The translations under genes were made by a program, and so were the position numbers. Under the pieces are notes generated by a model that worked only from the letters and a program-made list of their open reading frames with translations, was not told the DNA's origin and did not search any database. From positions 1 through 64,000 of the forward strand of contig JANJGN010000150.1 in NCBI GenBank assembly GCA_026770705.1: a stretch of DNA of 64,000 nucleotides. The letters run 5' to 3'. This document shows positions 1-12,914 of the stretch, piece by piece. The stretch comes from Isurus oxyrinchus. Lineage: Eukaryota. Every line of letters starts with the position of its first letter. Position 1 is the stretch's first letter.

Positions 1-1365
1 TAACATGGGGAAAACGCTAGAGCCTATTATATAAGGTGTGCTAACGGAACGCTTGGAAAGCATTAATGGGATTAGACAAAGTCAGCATGGGTTAATGAAA
101 GGAAAATCATGCTTAACTAATCTACTGGAGATTTTGAGGATGTAACTTGTGGAATAGATAAGGGATAACCAGTGGATGTGGTGTTTTTAGATTTCAAGAA
201 GGCTTTTGATAAGGTCCCACATAAGAGGCTAGTGGGCAACATTAAAGCCCATGGGATTGGGGGTAATTTATTGGCATGGATTGAGAATTGGTCGACAGAC
301 AGGAAACAGAGGGTCAGAATAAATTAGTCTTTATCTGAGTGGCAGGCGGTGACTAGTGGTGTACCACAGGGATCCGTGCTTGGGACCTAACTATTCATGA
401 TATATATAAATGACTTGGGTGAGGGAGCCAAGTGCAATATTTCCAGGTTTTCTGATGACACAACGCTGGGTAAGGGTGTGAGCTGTGAGGAGGATGCAAA
501 GAGGCTTCAAGGCGATTTAGACATGTTGTGTGTGTGGGCAAACACATGGCAGATGATGTGGATGAATGTGACATTGTAGGCTTTGGTGTGAAATACAGAA
601 AGGCAGAGTATTATTTAAATGGTGATATAATGGGAAATGTGGATGTACAAAGGGATCTGGGTGTCCTTGTGCACTAGCCAATGAAAGTAAACAGGCAGGT
701 GCAGCAAGTAATTCGGAAGGCAAATGGTATGTTGGCCTTCATTGCAAGAGGATTTGTGTTCAGGAGTAGGGATGTCTCACTGCAGTTATACAAGGTCTTG
801 GTGAGACTGCGCATGGGGTAAAACGTGCCGTTTTGGTCTCCCTCCCTAAAAAAGGATAGACTTGCCGTCGAGAGAGTGCAGAGAAGGTTCTCTAGGCTGA
901 TACCAGGGGCGGCAGGACTGTCGTATGAGGAGAATTGGTACGACTGGGTCTGTATTCACTAGAGTTTAGAAGAATGAGAGGAGACCTGAATAAACGTAAG
1001 AAATTCTAACAGAGATAGACAGACTGGATGGAGGGAGGATGCATCCCCTGGTTGGGGAGACTAAAACCAAGGGCGACAATCTCAGGATACAGGGCAGGCC
1101 ATTTTGGACTGAGATAGGGAAACATTTCTTCACTCAGAGGGTGGTCAATCTGTGGAATTCTCCATCACAGAGGCTGTGGAGGCCGGGTCACTGAGTGTAT
1201 TCAAGAAAGAAACTGATAAATATTTTGATATTAGGGGCATCAAAGGGTACGGAGAGAAAGCGGGAATAAGGCTTTGAGATAGAGGGTCAGCCTTGATCAT
1301 ATTGAATGGCGGAGAAGGCTTGAAGGGCTGAATGTCCTAATCGTGCTCCTAGTTTCTATGTACCT
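1..1365 (+). mobile_element. CR1-clade LINE, decayed RT 3' portion with 3' tail
   Basis: Translates to CR1 RT motifs (LDFKKAFDKVPH, GVPQGSVLG, FSDDT) with stops; ends in a CR1-type tail (gggctgaatg...cctagtttctatg). Confidence 0.9.
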
Positions 1366-1729
1366 AGGTATCTATAGAACTATCTCTCTCCGTGTTCTAT
1401 TCTCATGTGACCTTGAGTAACTAATGATAAATACTTTCTATTTTCATTGCTAATATTAAACTTTTATACTACATCTCCCCCAAAATCTTTGACATCAATG
1501 AAGACAATATTTATATTATCCTATATTGTCTTTTAAGTTCAACCTTGGCCCCCTCTGCCCTATCAGGTAGGCATAAACAATCCCAAGGTTCAATACAGGA
1601 AGAGCTCTCCCTGGTCAATATCACTAATAAAATAGGACCTCTTTTGTCTTCAAGTGATGTTTGTGGGATCTTGCTCTGCACATTGTATCCTATTACAGCT
1701 AATATAGAATCAAGGGTGTCAGTACTTAC

Positions 1730-2026
1730 CTTGTACAGTTAGTACAAGGGTCTGCTCCGATGAAACAGATGGATATCTCACTCTGCAGCTGAGAGTGTGT
1801 CCGTGGTGTTTGAGTGATGGGATCAGGGTCAGAACAGAAGTATAGGTCAGAGTGACACCATGCTGAGTTACAGTGTTTGAGACTGATCCAGGTACGTCAG
1901 TGGGAGTGTCCCAGGTAAAGACAGGTGCTGCTGTTCCATTGCACGTTGTGTTGAAGTTGCAGCTTACATCCACACGCTTTCCTGCAATAATTTCAGCAGG
2001 GAATATCATGGGTTTATCTGTGAAAT
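1730..2026 (-). CDS. Gene A exon: C2-set Ig domain (Siglec domain 2)
   Basis: ttag acceptor and gtaagt donor, 297 nt, phase 1-1; DFTDKP..VSCNFNTTCNG..FTWD..LSCRVRYP. Downstream exons lie outside the window. Confidence 0.9.
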
Positions 2027-2838
2027 CTAACACACAGAGAATGGATCCTTTTAGAGAAATATAACATGAAGCATCAGTTCAAATAGAAAGCACAGTCCCA
2101 CACGAGAAAGCACTTTTACAAGGATGATATCAGATCAGAGAGATTACAACGATCAGGAGAGAATTTCCTATTTTCAGACTTAGTGGAGTTTCTGTCTCTC
2201 AGATGAATTCACTTCCACTTCGAGACAATTGAATTGACAATCCCGGGTGAGGGTGGGGGAGCAGCTCACAGTTCCTGACACACTGGCTTGTTACTTTCTC
2301 CGAAATCTGCCAGATTTAAATTCTATCCTGTTCCCAGCAGGAGAGAATCCATTTGAACCAATCACTGAACCGGCATCTAAAACAGATGATCAGGTTATTG
2401 ATCACATTGCTGTTTGTGGGAGCTTCCTGTGAACAAATTGGCTGCTGTGTTTCCCATATTACAACAAGGGTTACATTTCAAGAATTATTTCAGTGGTTGT
2501 GAATCCATGTGCAACGTACAGAGGTGGTGAAAGGCGCTATAGAAATACAAATCTTTCTTTTGTTCATATGTAAGAATTTTAAACAGGATTAGGGAGATTG
2601 ATGTAAGTGGATAACGTGATAACATTGATGGACACAGTCAATACATTTAATCACTGATATTAAAGTGAGTATTAGAGGTTGTTTTAGGACTGAACTGGAA
2701 GCTATCACCAGGTTATTGAGAATCAGACAGTGTGTTATAATAAACTGTGTTTGTGTTAATATGTAAATGTCACAGTTTGTGTTATTTCCCATTGAGTGTT
2801 GGCTGTGAATTGTTGAGTAATTATAACACAGCACTTAC

Positions 2839-3207
2839 CAGAAACGTGAAGCTGGGTTACAGGGTAATAGTTATGGCTCGGACCATTGTCAAATTCTATT
2901 CTGAAAAAATAAGGTCCTGCATCTTCCCGTCTGATGTTGTTTATAAACAGGGAACAGTCGCCATCTTTCAGGTCTCCAGACAGCCGGGTCCGATGGTGGA
3001 ACCGTGGTAACTCGTGACTGTGATCCTTGGAGTGAAAGACAATGGGAGCCCAGGGAATATGTTTCTCATTATGAAACCAGACTCCACCTCGCGGTTGGTT
3101 TTCCAGACACGATGGATAACTGTAATGACATGGAATCTGTACACAGGAACCTTCCTGCGCTGTCACCTCTCGTGGAGTGTCACCTTTCCACTCTTGTGAG
3201 GGTTCAG
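2839..3207 (-). CDS. Gene A exon: second (proximal) V-set Siglec-like domain
   Basis: cccag acceptor and gtaagt donor, 369 nt, phase 1-1; CVQIPC, DCSL and YFFRIE (essential Arg present); extra Cys in YPSCLE. Confidence 0.92.
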
Positions 3208-3254
3208 CTGGGGAGAGAAATATCAATATTTAACTCTGAATGGTTTGTGGATCC

Positions 3255-4095
3255 AATAGACTTAAAATTTACAGATGAGGCTGAATTGGGGGGATGGTCA
3301 ATACTGAGGAGAATGGCAACAAATTATTTTGGCAAGATGAATAGAAAAACAGGATATTATTTAAATGGAGACAGGCTGCAGAATGCAGTACAGAGGGATC
3401 TGGGTGTCCTGGTACATGAATCACAGAAAGTCAGCATTCAGGAACACCACGGAATGAGGAAGGCACGTGGAATGTTGGCCTTTATTGCAAAGGGATGGAG
3501 TATAAAAGGAGGGAAGTCTTGCAACAGCTGCACAGGGTGAGATTGTATCAGGAGCAGTGTGTACAGTTCTGGTCTCCTTACTTAGGGAGGGATAGACTTG
3601 CATTGAAGGCAGTTCAGAGGAGGTTCACTGGGCTGATTCCCGGGATTAAAGGGTTTGTCCTGTGAGGAAATGTTGAGCAGGTTGGGCCTGTATCCATTGG
3701 AGTTTAGAAGAATGAGGGGTGACCTTATTGAAACATATCCGATTCCGAGGGGGCTTGACAGGGTGAATGCTGGGAGGATGTTTCCCCCTCGTGGGGGAAT
3801 CTAGAACCAGGGAGCACAGTTTCGGAATGAGTGCTCTCCCATTTAAGACTGAGATGAGGAGGAATTTCCTCTCTCAGAGTGGCGCTAGCCTGTGGAATTC
3901 TCTTCCCCAGAGAGCAGTGGAGGCTGGGCCATTGAATAGACTCAAGGCTGAGTGAGGCAGGTTTTTGATCGACAAGGGAGTCAAGGATTTGGGGGACAGG
4001 CAGGAAAATGGAGTTAAGGCCACAACCAGATCAGTGAGAGCAGGCTCGAGGGGCCGAATGGCCTGATCCTGTTCCTATTTCTTATGTTCCTACAT
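3255..4095 (+). mobile_element. 5'-truncated CR1 LINE
   Basis: QRDLGVLVHESQK motif and CR1 3' tail; inverted copy at ~53800-54600. Confidence 0.85.
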
Positions 4096-4167
4096 TCTTA
4101 CCTTCTTAAAATATTAAAGCTGCAGAATAAACATGCAAGTGACTGACCCGCTCGACCCACCTTCCAT

Positions 4168-5115
4168 CAGGGGCTGGAGGAGGTTACACAGATAGGGAGG
4201 TTTGTGGGTGCTGGAGGAGGTAACAGAGATAGGGAGGGCTGTAGATACTGGAGGACATTACGCAGATAGGGAGGGTGGTAGGACCTGGAGGAGGTTGCAG
4301 AGATAGGGAGGGCTGTAGGGATTTGAGGAGTTTATGGCGATGGGGAGCGTGTAGGGACTGGAGGAGGCTGCAAGGGCAGAGAGGGTTTTAGGGGCAGTAG
4401 GAGTTTACAGGAATAGGAAAAGTTGTAGGGGCTGGACGGATTGCAGAGGTAGGGAGGGTTGGAAAGGCTGGTGGAGGTTTCAGAGGTAGGGAAGGTTGCA
4501 GGGACTGGAGGAGTTTACAGAGATGGGGGAGTTTTTGGGGCAGGATGGGGTTACAGAGATAGGGAGGGTTGTAAGGGCAGGACGAGGTTACATAGATATG
4601 GAGTGTGGCTGGGGCTGAGGGAGGCTACAGAGATAGGGAGGGTTATAATGGCTGGAGGAGGTTACAGAGATAAAGGAAACTCTTAGGGACTGGAGGAGGT
4701 TACAGAGATAGGGAGGGTTGTAGTGGGCTGGAGGAGGTTACAGAAATATGAAGGGTTGTAAGAGATGGACCAGCTTACAGAGATAGGGAGAGGTATTCGG
4801 TCTGGAGGAGGTTGCAGAGATAGGGGAGGTTGTTAGGACTGGAGGAGGCTACAAATATCGCGAGGGTTATCGGGGCTTGAGGAGGTTAAAGAGATAGGGA
4901 GGGGTGTTGGGTCCGGAGGAGTTTGCAGTGATAGGAATGGTTTTCGGGATTGGAAGAGAGTACTGAGATAGGAGGGTTGTAGGGACTGGAGGAGTCTCCT
5001 GAGAAAGGGAGGGTTGTAGGGACTGGAGGAGGCTCCTGAGATAGGGAGGGTTGTAGGGACTGGAGGAGGCTCCTGAGATAGAGAGGGTTGTAGGGACTGG
5101 AGGAGGCTCCTGCGA
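4168..5115. repeat. Purine-rich ~37-bp minisatellite (ggactggaggaggttacagagatagggagggttgtag)
   Basis: Directly visible degenerate tandem copies, adjacent to the L2 fragment. Confidence 0.9.
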
Positions 5116-5179
5116 TAGGGAATGTTGCCGTGGATGAAGATAAAGGAGGAGATTACTGTAATAGGGAGGAAAAATATTC

Positions 5180-6140
5180 AATAATTTGGACATTGAGACT
5201 TTGCTTGACCAGGAGCCAGTCTCGGTCATCGAGCAGAGCGGGTGATAAGGGAACGGGACTTGGTGTGAGTAAGGACGTGGTCAGCAGTTTTGGATGGCCT
5301 CAAGTTTATGGAGTGTAGAGCATGTGTTGGAACAGTCGAGTCTGGAGGTAATGAAGGCGTGGATGAGGGTTTCAGCAGCAGATGAGCTGAGACAGGGTGA
5401 AGTCGTACGACGTTATGGAGGTGGAAATAGACGGTGTTAGTGAGGGCGCAGATATGAGGCCGGAAGCTCATCTCAGGATCAAATGGGACAACAAAGCTGT
5501 GAACAGATTGGCTTCAATCTCAGAGAGCTGCCAGGGAGAGGAATGGAGTTGGTAGCGAGGGAACAGAGTTTGGAGCGGGGAATGAAGACAATGGCTTCAG
5601 TCTTTCCAATATTTAATTGGAGGGAATTTCTGCCCATCCAGTACTGGATGTCGGATAAGCAGCCTGATAATTTAGCAGCAGTGGAGGAGTCGAGAGAGGT
5701 GGTGGTGAGGTAGAGCTGGGGATCCTCAGTGGACAGGTGAAAACTAATACTGTTCAGATGATGCTGCAAAGCCATTGCAAGTGATTCTCTGGCTACGATG
5801 AGATGGATAAGAATGGAGCCAGGGGAGAGCAGTTCCACCCAGCTGGACGACAGTGGAGAGGGGTTGGAGGAGGATGGTGTGGTCGAGCGTGTCAAAGGCT
5901 GCAGACAGATCGAGAAGGACGAGGAGGGAAAGTTGACCTTTGTCACAGTCACACAGGATGCCATTTGTGACCTTGATAAGAGCTGTTTCAGCACAGTGGC
6001 TGGGGTGGGAACCTGATTGGAGGGATTCAAACATGGAGTTCCGGGAAAGATGGAACCGGATTCGGGAGATGGAAACACTTTCAAGGACTTTGGAGGGGAA
6101 AGAGAGGCTGGAGATGGGACGGGGGTTTACACGGACAGTG
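5180..6140 (-). mobile_element. L2-clade LINE RT fragment
   Basis: ETALIKVTN..LLVLLDLSAAFDTLDHTILL and LQLNIGKTEAIVF motifs, frameshifted. Confidence 0.85.
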
Positions 6141-6398
6141 TGAGGGGTGGAAGGTGTAGTGGGGAGGAGACACTTCACTCAGGGGGGAGGTGTCATCACC
6201 CCTCAGCTCGGTTTACGTTACAGCTATGATGTGGATTCAATCACACACAATAAGCTCATGGATCTGGGAGCAGAAATAGACAAATCATTAAAAATAGTGA
6301 CGCTGGTTAACACAGCCAAAAAACAAGCAAATCAAACACTATTATTTCCCATTGAGTGTTGGATGTGAATTGGTGAGTAATTATAACACAGCACTTAC

Positions 6399-6776
6399 CA
6401 GAAACCTGAAGCTGGGTTACAGGGTAATAGTTATGGCTCGGACCATTGCCAAATTTTATCGTGAAAAAATAAGGTCCTGCATCTTCCCGTCTGATGTTGT
6501 TTATAATCAGGGAACAGTCGCCATCTTTCAGGTCTCCAGACAGCCGGGTCCGATGGTGGAACTGTGATAACTCGCGACTGTGATCCTTGGAGTGAAAGGC
6601 TATAGACCATTTAGACCATTTGTTCTGTATGTATCTTCTCATTTTCCAGATTCCGACCTGTGGTTTCTTTACCAAATCTGATGGATAACTGTAATGACAT
6701 GGAATCTGTACACACGAACCTTCCTGCGCTGTCACCTCTCGTGGAGTGTCACCTTTCCACTCTTGTGACAATCCAA
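6399..6776 (-). CDS. Gene A exon: first (distal) V-set Siglec-like domain, essential Arg replaced by Thr
   Basis: 378 nt, phase 1-1, canonical splice sites; VGLSQEWK..CVQIPC..DCSL..YFFTIKF. Confidence 0.9.
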
Positions 6777-7401
6777 CTGGGGAGAGAAATATCAATATTT
6801 AACTCTGGATGTTTTGTTGATCCACTAGACTCGATATCCACCCCCTCCATCACTCGGGCACAGTGGCTGCAGTGTGGACCATCTACAGGACACACAATGA
6901 ACTCCACAAGGTATCACACCAGATGGAAGAGAATCCTGGACACAAAAGCGGAAAAGTTCATTCTACATTGGTTCATGGTCCTCAGGACCCTGTTTGTGCA
7001 GAAGTCTGCTCTCCAACAGAACTGAAGTTGGGGACAATGCATTTGGAATTCCACTGTCCGGGGCATTGGGTTAACTTGCTGATTTTGTTTTCAATCTAAC
7101 ATCTATTTTTGGTCTGTTGCCTTAAAGGGACTGTAACTGGGAGTCAGGTTAATTAGGAATTTTAGGAGTTATGATAGCAGTCTTGTAGTTACGTATGTGC
7201 TTGAAATCTTTTACTTTGATGACAAATATGTTAATTTATTGTTTTAAATCTCTGAAGGTATTGGTGGAGTTAGTGCTTCTGAATTAAGTGCACACATCTC
7301 ATAATAAATACAAATTGCAAAATCATTATGATAGTGTGACCAGGTTTCTCTCAGGGACATGGTCTGCCTGGCACACATCACCTGCCAAGTGATAACACTT
7401 T

Positions 7402-8690
7402 TGTAATATGCCTTTCAGGGACAGCAGCATGACATCACTCGAGGGGAAGTTTGTCATGTGATTTTTAGGAACTGGTGTTCGCTTAAGTAATTCTATGTTT
7501 ATTTGTGTGTGTTAGGCATAAGGTCTATCTTTAAGTTCAAGTTTAGTTTGTATTTCTGTATTTGGGTGTTGAGAAAAGGGGGAACTTGAGTTAAAAAGAA
7601 GCCAGCATTCCATTGAGGTTTTATGACTGTTGAAGGGAAGTCAAAACAAACACAAGGTGTAAGAAACTGTGCTGTTGCCTAGCAACAGTGATCCAGAGGG
7701 AGGGACCCACAGAGACCGAGAAAAACAGAAAAGTACTTTCAGTTCTGTTGAAAGGAGTTGCCAGGAGAAGCAGCAAAGGAGCGGGACAGATAGTCAGTCC
7801 CAAAGTAAAGAAGAAGCCAAATCTATCGAGTTTGACAGGAGAAAGGGCCCAAGAAAACCTTCTAGTCAAATCTGGAAAAGGCCCTGTAAAATGAAGTTAA
7901 GAGTGAGGAGCAGAAGAAGGCTTCAAGCATAAAGGGAGAAGCAGCAGGACACAGACCTAAAGCAAAATAGGCTTGTGAGAAGCCAGAAGATCCTAGGAGA
8001 CACCACAGGTTGGTGACTCATTACTACGGCCATGTGAAGCCATGGTGTTCCATTGACACGGCTGAGCATTGGAGAGACAGGGCGTGGAAGGAAGGCTGAA
8101 TGCACGTGGCGATCCAGGGGGCAGGAACATGGGAAGGAGAGTTTGAAATAGTGAAAGTGGACCCGTGTGGAAGGTGTCTGAGTGAAAGTGTCATGTTGGA
8201 GAAGATTCCAAAGTCAGTTATGGAGAGTGGAGATTGGAAACTCTCATATGAAAGAAGCTTTTCAGTGAGACTGGTTGGCTCACAGTGTAACAAGCGTCTG
8301 GGGACAGATGAGACATAGAATTTGTTTCAAGTGGGCTCTGCCACTTGCTTTCAGAATGTTGTGTCCCTGACCACAGGTCGTCTATTGGTTTACACGGACT
8401 GTGTACTTAGTGTGAACATGAGAATATAAGATAGTTATCGTAATTTGTGTTCTACTTATGTATCTGTAAAGGTATAGGTCTGGGTGAAGGAGTAATGTCA
8501 TATAGTTTGTCTTTCCTAGTTTAATAAATATTTTATTCTTTTGTTAGACGTTCATCAGATGACTCCTGTGACACTGTTCAGTAGCCGCACTCCACATTCC
8601 TAAATAAAAAATAAAAGTTAGGACCTATCAAGCTGAGCTCCACCCTGGGATCTGACTTGCCCAGTAGTAACATCAGCTGGGATGGTAACA
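7402..8690 (+). mobile_element. Probable solo LTR (TG...CA)
   Basis: Starts tgtaat and ends taaca, with aataaa signals near the 3' end; no target-site duplication found; inverted copy at ~50330-51640. Confidence 0.5.
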
Positions 8691-8699
8691 CCATCCAGT

Positions 8700-10665
8700 C
8701 CAAGTTTCACTTTGGCCTGTGAGCAGAACACAGCTCACACAGTTTGGCTGCAGGTGTCTCCCAGCTTTCTATCCTTGTATATCTGTTCTCATGTCCCTGT
8801 TCTAAATATCTGAACCCACAATGTATTTACCCAATGCCGTATCAGTGGCTGGTGCCTTTATATCATTATAAAAACATAACATGGTGATCAGTGGTGGCCA
8901 AACATTCTGGCAGCAAGATTCAGTACAGGTATGACGTGGTGAACAGCCTGAGATCGAGCTACATGACATGAGACGACCCTCGACGCTTTGGTCAGACCAC
9001 AACAGAGACACAGCATCAGAGAGGGTTGAAATCGCAGTGTACTGACTGCTCAGGAAACCTTTGAAGACACAGTGACGGGAAAGAGCTCAAGTAAAGAGCT
9101 GGGGAGCAGACGGATCCCTCGTGGTGAGATTACAGCACACGGCCTGTAGGTCAGTGAGTGGGACAGTGTGTATCGCCAGGACCAGCAGCGGGTTAGCTCA
9201 GTCAGGGAAGGCGAGTGACCAGGGTGTGGGCTGGATCGATAGTGAGCGAGGGAGAGTCAAACACACAAAAACCATTGTAAAAATCAGCCCAGAGAAGTTA
9301 GTGATTATAACGGGCGGCTTCGAGATTGCTGAACAGCAAATTGAATAAAAAACATAGACTCCATTACTCCGTGGTGTGTTCCTGCCACAACCCGTCTTCG
9401 TGGGCGGAGCTTCGGAAAAGCACACGAAAGGGGCTAAAGCGACACTCATCCCAGGTCCTGTAGGAGAAGGAAGGTCAAAGGAATATTGTCAGAATGTCCA
9501 CAAAATTCCCCAGTTTGAACTGGGATGTAGCTGACCGACTATCTGAATTCAGAATGTTTAAACAGCGTACAGAGCTCTGGTTTCCTGATTCAGGTGTGAC
9601 TGAACCAGACGAGCCACCCATAAAAATTCACCTCGCGATTGGGAATGAAGGTCTACACAGGCTGAGCACATCAGGATTAACAGCAGAAGAGCGAAAAGAT
9701 CCCCAATAGATACGGACGATATTGGAAGACAGGTTCAGAATCAGGTGAAACTCCATATTCATCAACTAGAGTTTATGTCATTTCATCAGCCTACACAATC
9801 CATAGACCACTTCATCAGCCGATGTAGAGAAAAGGGTACGCACTGTGATTTCAAACACAGAGCCTGCAGACAGAGTTGTTGAGTTGGTGATTACATCCAC
9901 TCCCATGGAAGCCTTCCAGAAAGATCTGCTAGATAAGACCAAAACCTATAGCATTGAAGAGCTACTCAAGGATGGACATAAATACGAAGTGATCCTCGCA
10001 GGTCAACGAAGCTTACAGGTCCTCAGTACAACATCAATTGTTGACACACTCACTAGAACATACAAACCTAGTGAGACGTGTGGAAGGTGTGGCCTTCTGC
10101 AGGCACCAAGGAAATGCCCAGCTTTCCACCAATCCTGCAAGGCTTGTGGCAGAAAGGGCCATTGACAGCGGCAGGGCACGAGAGCAAAGGCTGATGCAGC
10201 TACAAAGAGCCGTGCGCTGATCCAATCAAACCCTGCACAACGGGGAACCTTCAAGCAATAAGAATGACCATCCGCTATCCCATCAGGAACATATACATGT
10301 GGTGACTGACAAACCAGGAAATGGCGATGATGTACACGACGAGACTAGGAGCGGTGATCGATATTCCACCTCTCACACATATCCTGACGTGGCTTGCCAA
10401 TAAATTGTGGATTGTGGTCTTTATTGCTCTCTCTGGGCACATCAAATTAACTGAAAATGTTCCCATAGGGGTGGGATTTTCTGGCCCCACCCACTTCCAT
10501 GATTGTCCGGTCCGGCCGAAAGCCAATGGATTTATGTCTGTCCCAGTCTCAGAAACTATCCCATCAGCTCAGTTCATGACATAACATTGAAATATGCAGA
10601 CAGATTCAACAATATTGGCAGGTTCAAGGGAGCGGCAACATTACACCTGCAGGAGAATGCAAGTC
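8700..10665 (+). mobile_element. Decayed Ty3/Gypsy-like LTR retrotransposon (gag region)
   Basis: gag-like MSTKFPSLNWD..FKQRTELWF and Zn-knuckle region CGRCG..CPAFHQSCKACGRKGH; truncated by a deletion at ~10665. Confidence 0.75.
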
Positions 10666-12057
10666 TGTCAGACTCCTTGCATTAAAATTAATACAATCCA
10701 ACTTTGCCACGCTATCTTGAGCCTTAAATGGCCAATAATTTCTATGCCTTCCAGTTTCATTTGCTCTCTCTTCTAATTTTGGCCGTGCATCTCTCTCTGT
10801 TGAACCTCCTCTCGGGATCCGATCCCCTGCCATATTAGTTTAAAGCCTCCTCAGTTGCATCAAGGGTGTAATGTCAATTGAAACCAGGGACAACATCGAA
10901 GAATGACAATCCCACAGATCAATGTGAGCAATTAAAGAAACCTCCAGACAATTTTGCCACCACAAGATCTCGATATAACAGCAGATTACCTCTACGCTTT
11001 AGAGACTCAAATATTCAACAGATCTATACACTTATATAATTGTCAAGAAATATGAAAATGATACCAGGAACCTCTTGTTCCCTGTCCTTCTCAAAGATCC
11101 ATCCCTGCAGCAGGAGCCTGAAGAGTTACTGATGTGGGGCTTAATTTATCAGATTGTAGAATGATCCGGAAATGAAGGATGCCATTTGGCCCATCGAGCC
11201 TGTGCTGGGCCTTTGAAAGATCTGTCCAATTAGTCCCACTCTAACCTCTGCTCTCTCCTCCACAGCCCTGCAAAATGTCCCCTTCAAGTATTTATCCAGT
11301 TCCCCTTCTGAAAGTTCCTGTTGAATCTGCTTCCACCGCCCTTTCAGGCAGTGAGTCAATGGTTTCTCTCTGAGCTGCAAAGTGCTAATGTTCTGAGAAC
11401 TTTAAACTCTGCAGCAGATCAGAAACAATCATGATAACTCAGAATATTTGACAGTTTTACACACGGACAGCTTTACCTTCCTTCTCTCTTTCAGTTATCT
11501 TGCTCCCTTATTGAAGTATCTAGCAAGGTGAGAATGGACAGGAAGTGTGACACTGAACAGCCTGTCTATTCTAAGAGCTGCTGTGTTGTCTTCATGGGAA
11601 ATTCTGACAAAATCAGCAAAAGACACAAAATTTCAGGGCATTGTTATCCGAGTCCCAGCATCAGGATAGACCTCATCCCCCAGTTGGTATTCCTGATTCT
11701 CTATTCAGCGGATCGCTCCCCTGTCACTGGCTGAACTACACTGACTCCCAGTCCAGCAATGACTCAAATTTCAAATTCTCATCATCGAGTTCTTACCCCA
11801 CCATCCCCCCTCTACACTCTCTATCTGTGTAACCTCCTCGAACCCTAAATCCCTCTGAGATCTCTGCACTCCTCCAATTCTGCTGTCAGACAGGGAGTCA
11901 GTGTATATCAGTGAGCACAGGGGTGATGGGTGAATGGGACTTGGTGTGAGTTTGTACACTGGCTCACTGCTGAATCGGTTCCCAATCACACTCAATAAGA
12001 ATGATCTTTTACAAAGACTATTAGCCATAAACCTGTCCGAGCTGACGACGTTATTAC

Positions 12058-12097
12058 CTTGGAGAAGTGACAGGAGGAAGTAGGATTTCCCGATCAT
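12058..12097 (-). CDS. Gene A leader (signal peptide) exon, coding part MIGKSYFLLSLLQ
   Basis: Exon 12058-12137 with tttcacag acceptor and G|gtaat phase-1 donor; joins the V exon to give MIGKSYFLLSLLQVGLS-QEW. Confidence 0.85.
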
Positions 12098-12547
12098 TGT
12101 CCACTCCCAGGTACTTCATAAGCTTCTGACTCTCAAACTGTGAAAGAGAAAGGAGTTAATGAGACCTCACCTCTTGTCCGACAGCTCTTAAGAGATCAGA
12201 ACTGTTTTTGGACAATGTCTTGACAGACTAATTTGATTCTCTGTGGGATGATAGGTGCTCTGCAGAGAGTTACAAGGCTTTAAGAAAGAAAAACATTAAA
12301 GGATTTGCATTTCTATAGCACCTTTCACCACCTCAAGACGTCCCAAAGCTCATGTCTCTGCAATTCCCTCATCCCTTGAGCTAGAAAGATGTTCTGTACA
12401 ACAGACTTGAGTCTCACACCCAGATCTCAATAATCAGTAGAAATCTTTCAAAGGCATCAATCATTGGAATCTGTCTTTATAAAGTCACAACATCAACAAA
12501 GGACGGTGTTGGTGGTGGAAGTGAATTCCAATCGTTCCGTTACTTAC

Positions 12548-12632
12548 CCAGGACCTGTCCGACTGCTCGCCTGGGGAGGAACTGCCCACACGCTCTGCTT
12601 GGGCTGAATGACCTCTTCCTGTGCTGCTCCCT
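12548..12632 (-). other. Gene A putative non-coding first exon (85-nt module)
   Basis: Strong TGG|gtaagt donor ~410 nt upstream of the leader-exon acceptor; same arrangement in all four genes. Confidence 0.65.
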
Positions 12633-12674
12633 CTGTGTGTTTAATTAGAAAGGGTTGATGTGTCACTGTGAGAC

Positions 12675-12688
12675 AAAATGAGGAAGTG
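12675..12688. promoter_or_regulatory. PU.1/ETS-type site aaaatgaggaagtg upstream of gene A first exon
   Basis: Matches the PU.1/Spi consensus (purine-rich GAGGAAGT) about 45 bp from the exon; equivalents upstream of genes B, C and D. Confidence 0.5.
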
Positions 12689-12914
12689 GGTAATCAGTGA
12701 GAAGATCGAGGATGTTTTGTGCTCTCAGCAAAACGTTTACCATGTGTGATCTGTCAGCTCATATTTGGGCAGCTGTAGTCATGAAGCTTCTCCATTGGCT
12801 CCGTGGGATTAGACTCCTCCCCCTTACCACAGAGGCTGAAACTCAGGCGATAGAGTCCCCAATACAGGTCTCGGGCCGTATGATACATTTCAACGACCCC
12901 TGTTATCATTACGG

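Noticed and set aside
2839-6776. Multiple V exons as rearranging Ig/TCR/NAR gene segments
   Set aside because: Each V is a complete exon including the G strand and ends in a splice donor. It has the Siglec Cys pattern rather than the canonical B-F disulfide YYC, and no RSS follows.
12664-12670. RSS heptamer cactgtg in the promoter module and cactgtc in the satellite
   Set aside because: No nonamer at 12- or 23-bp spacing was seen.
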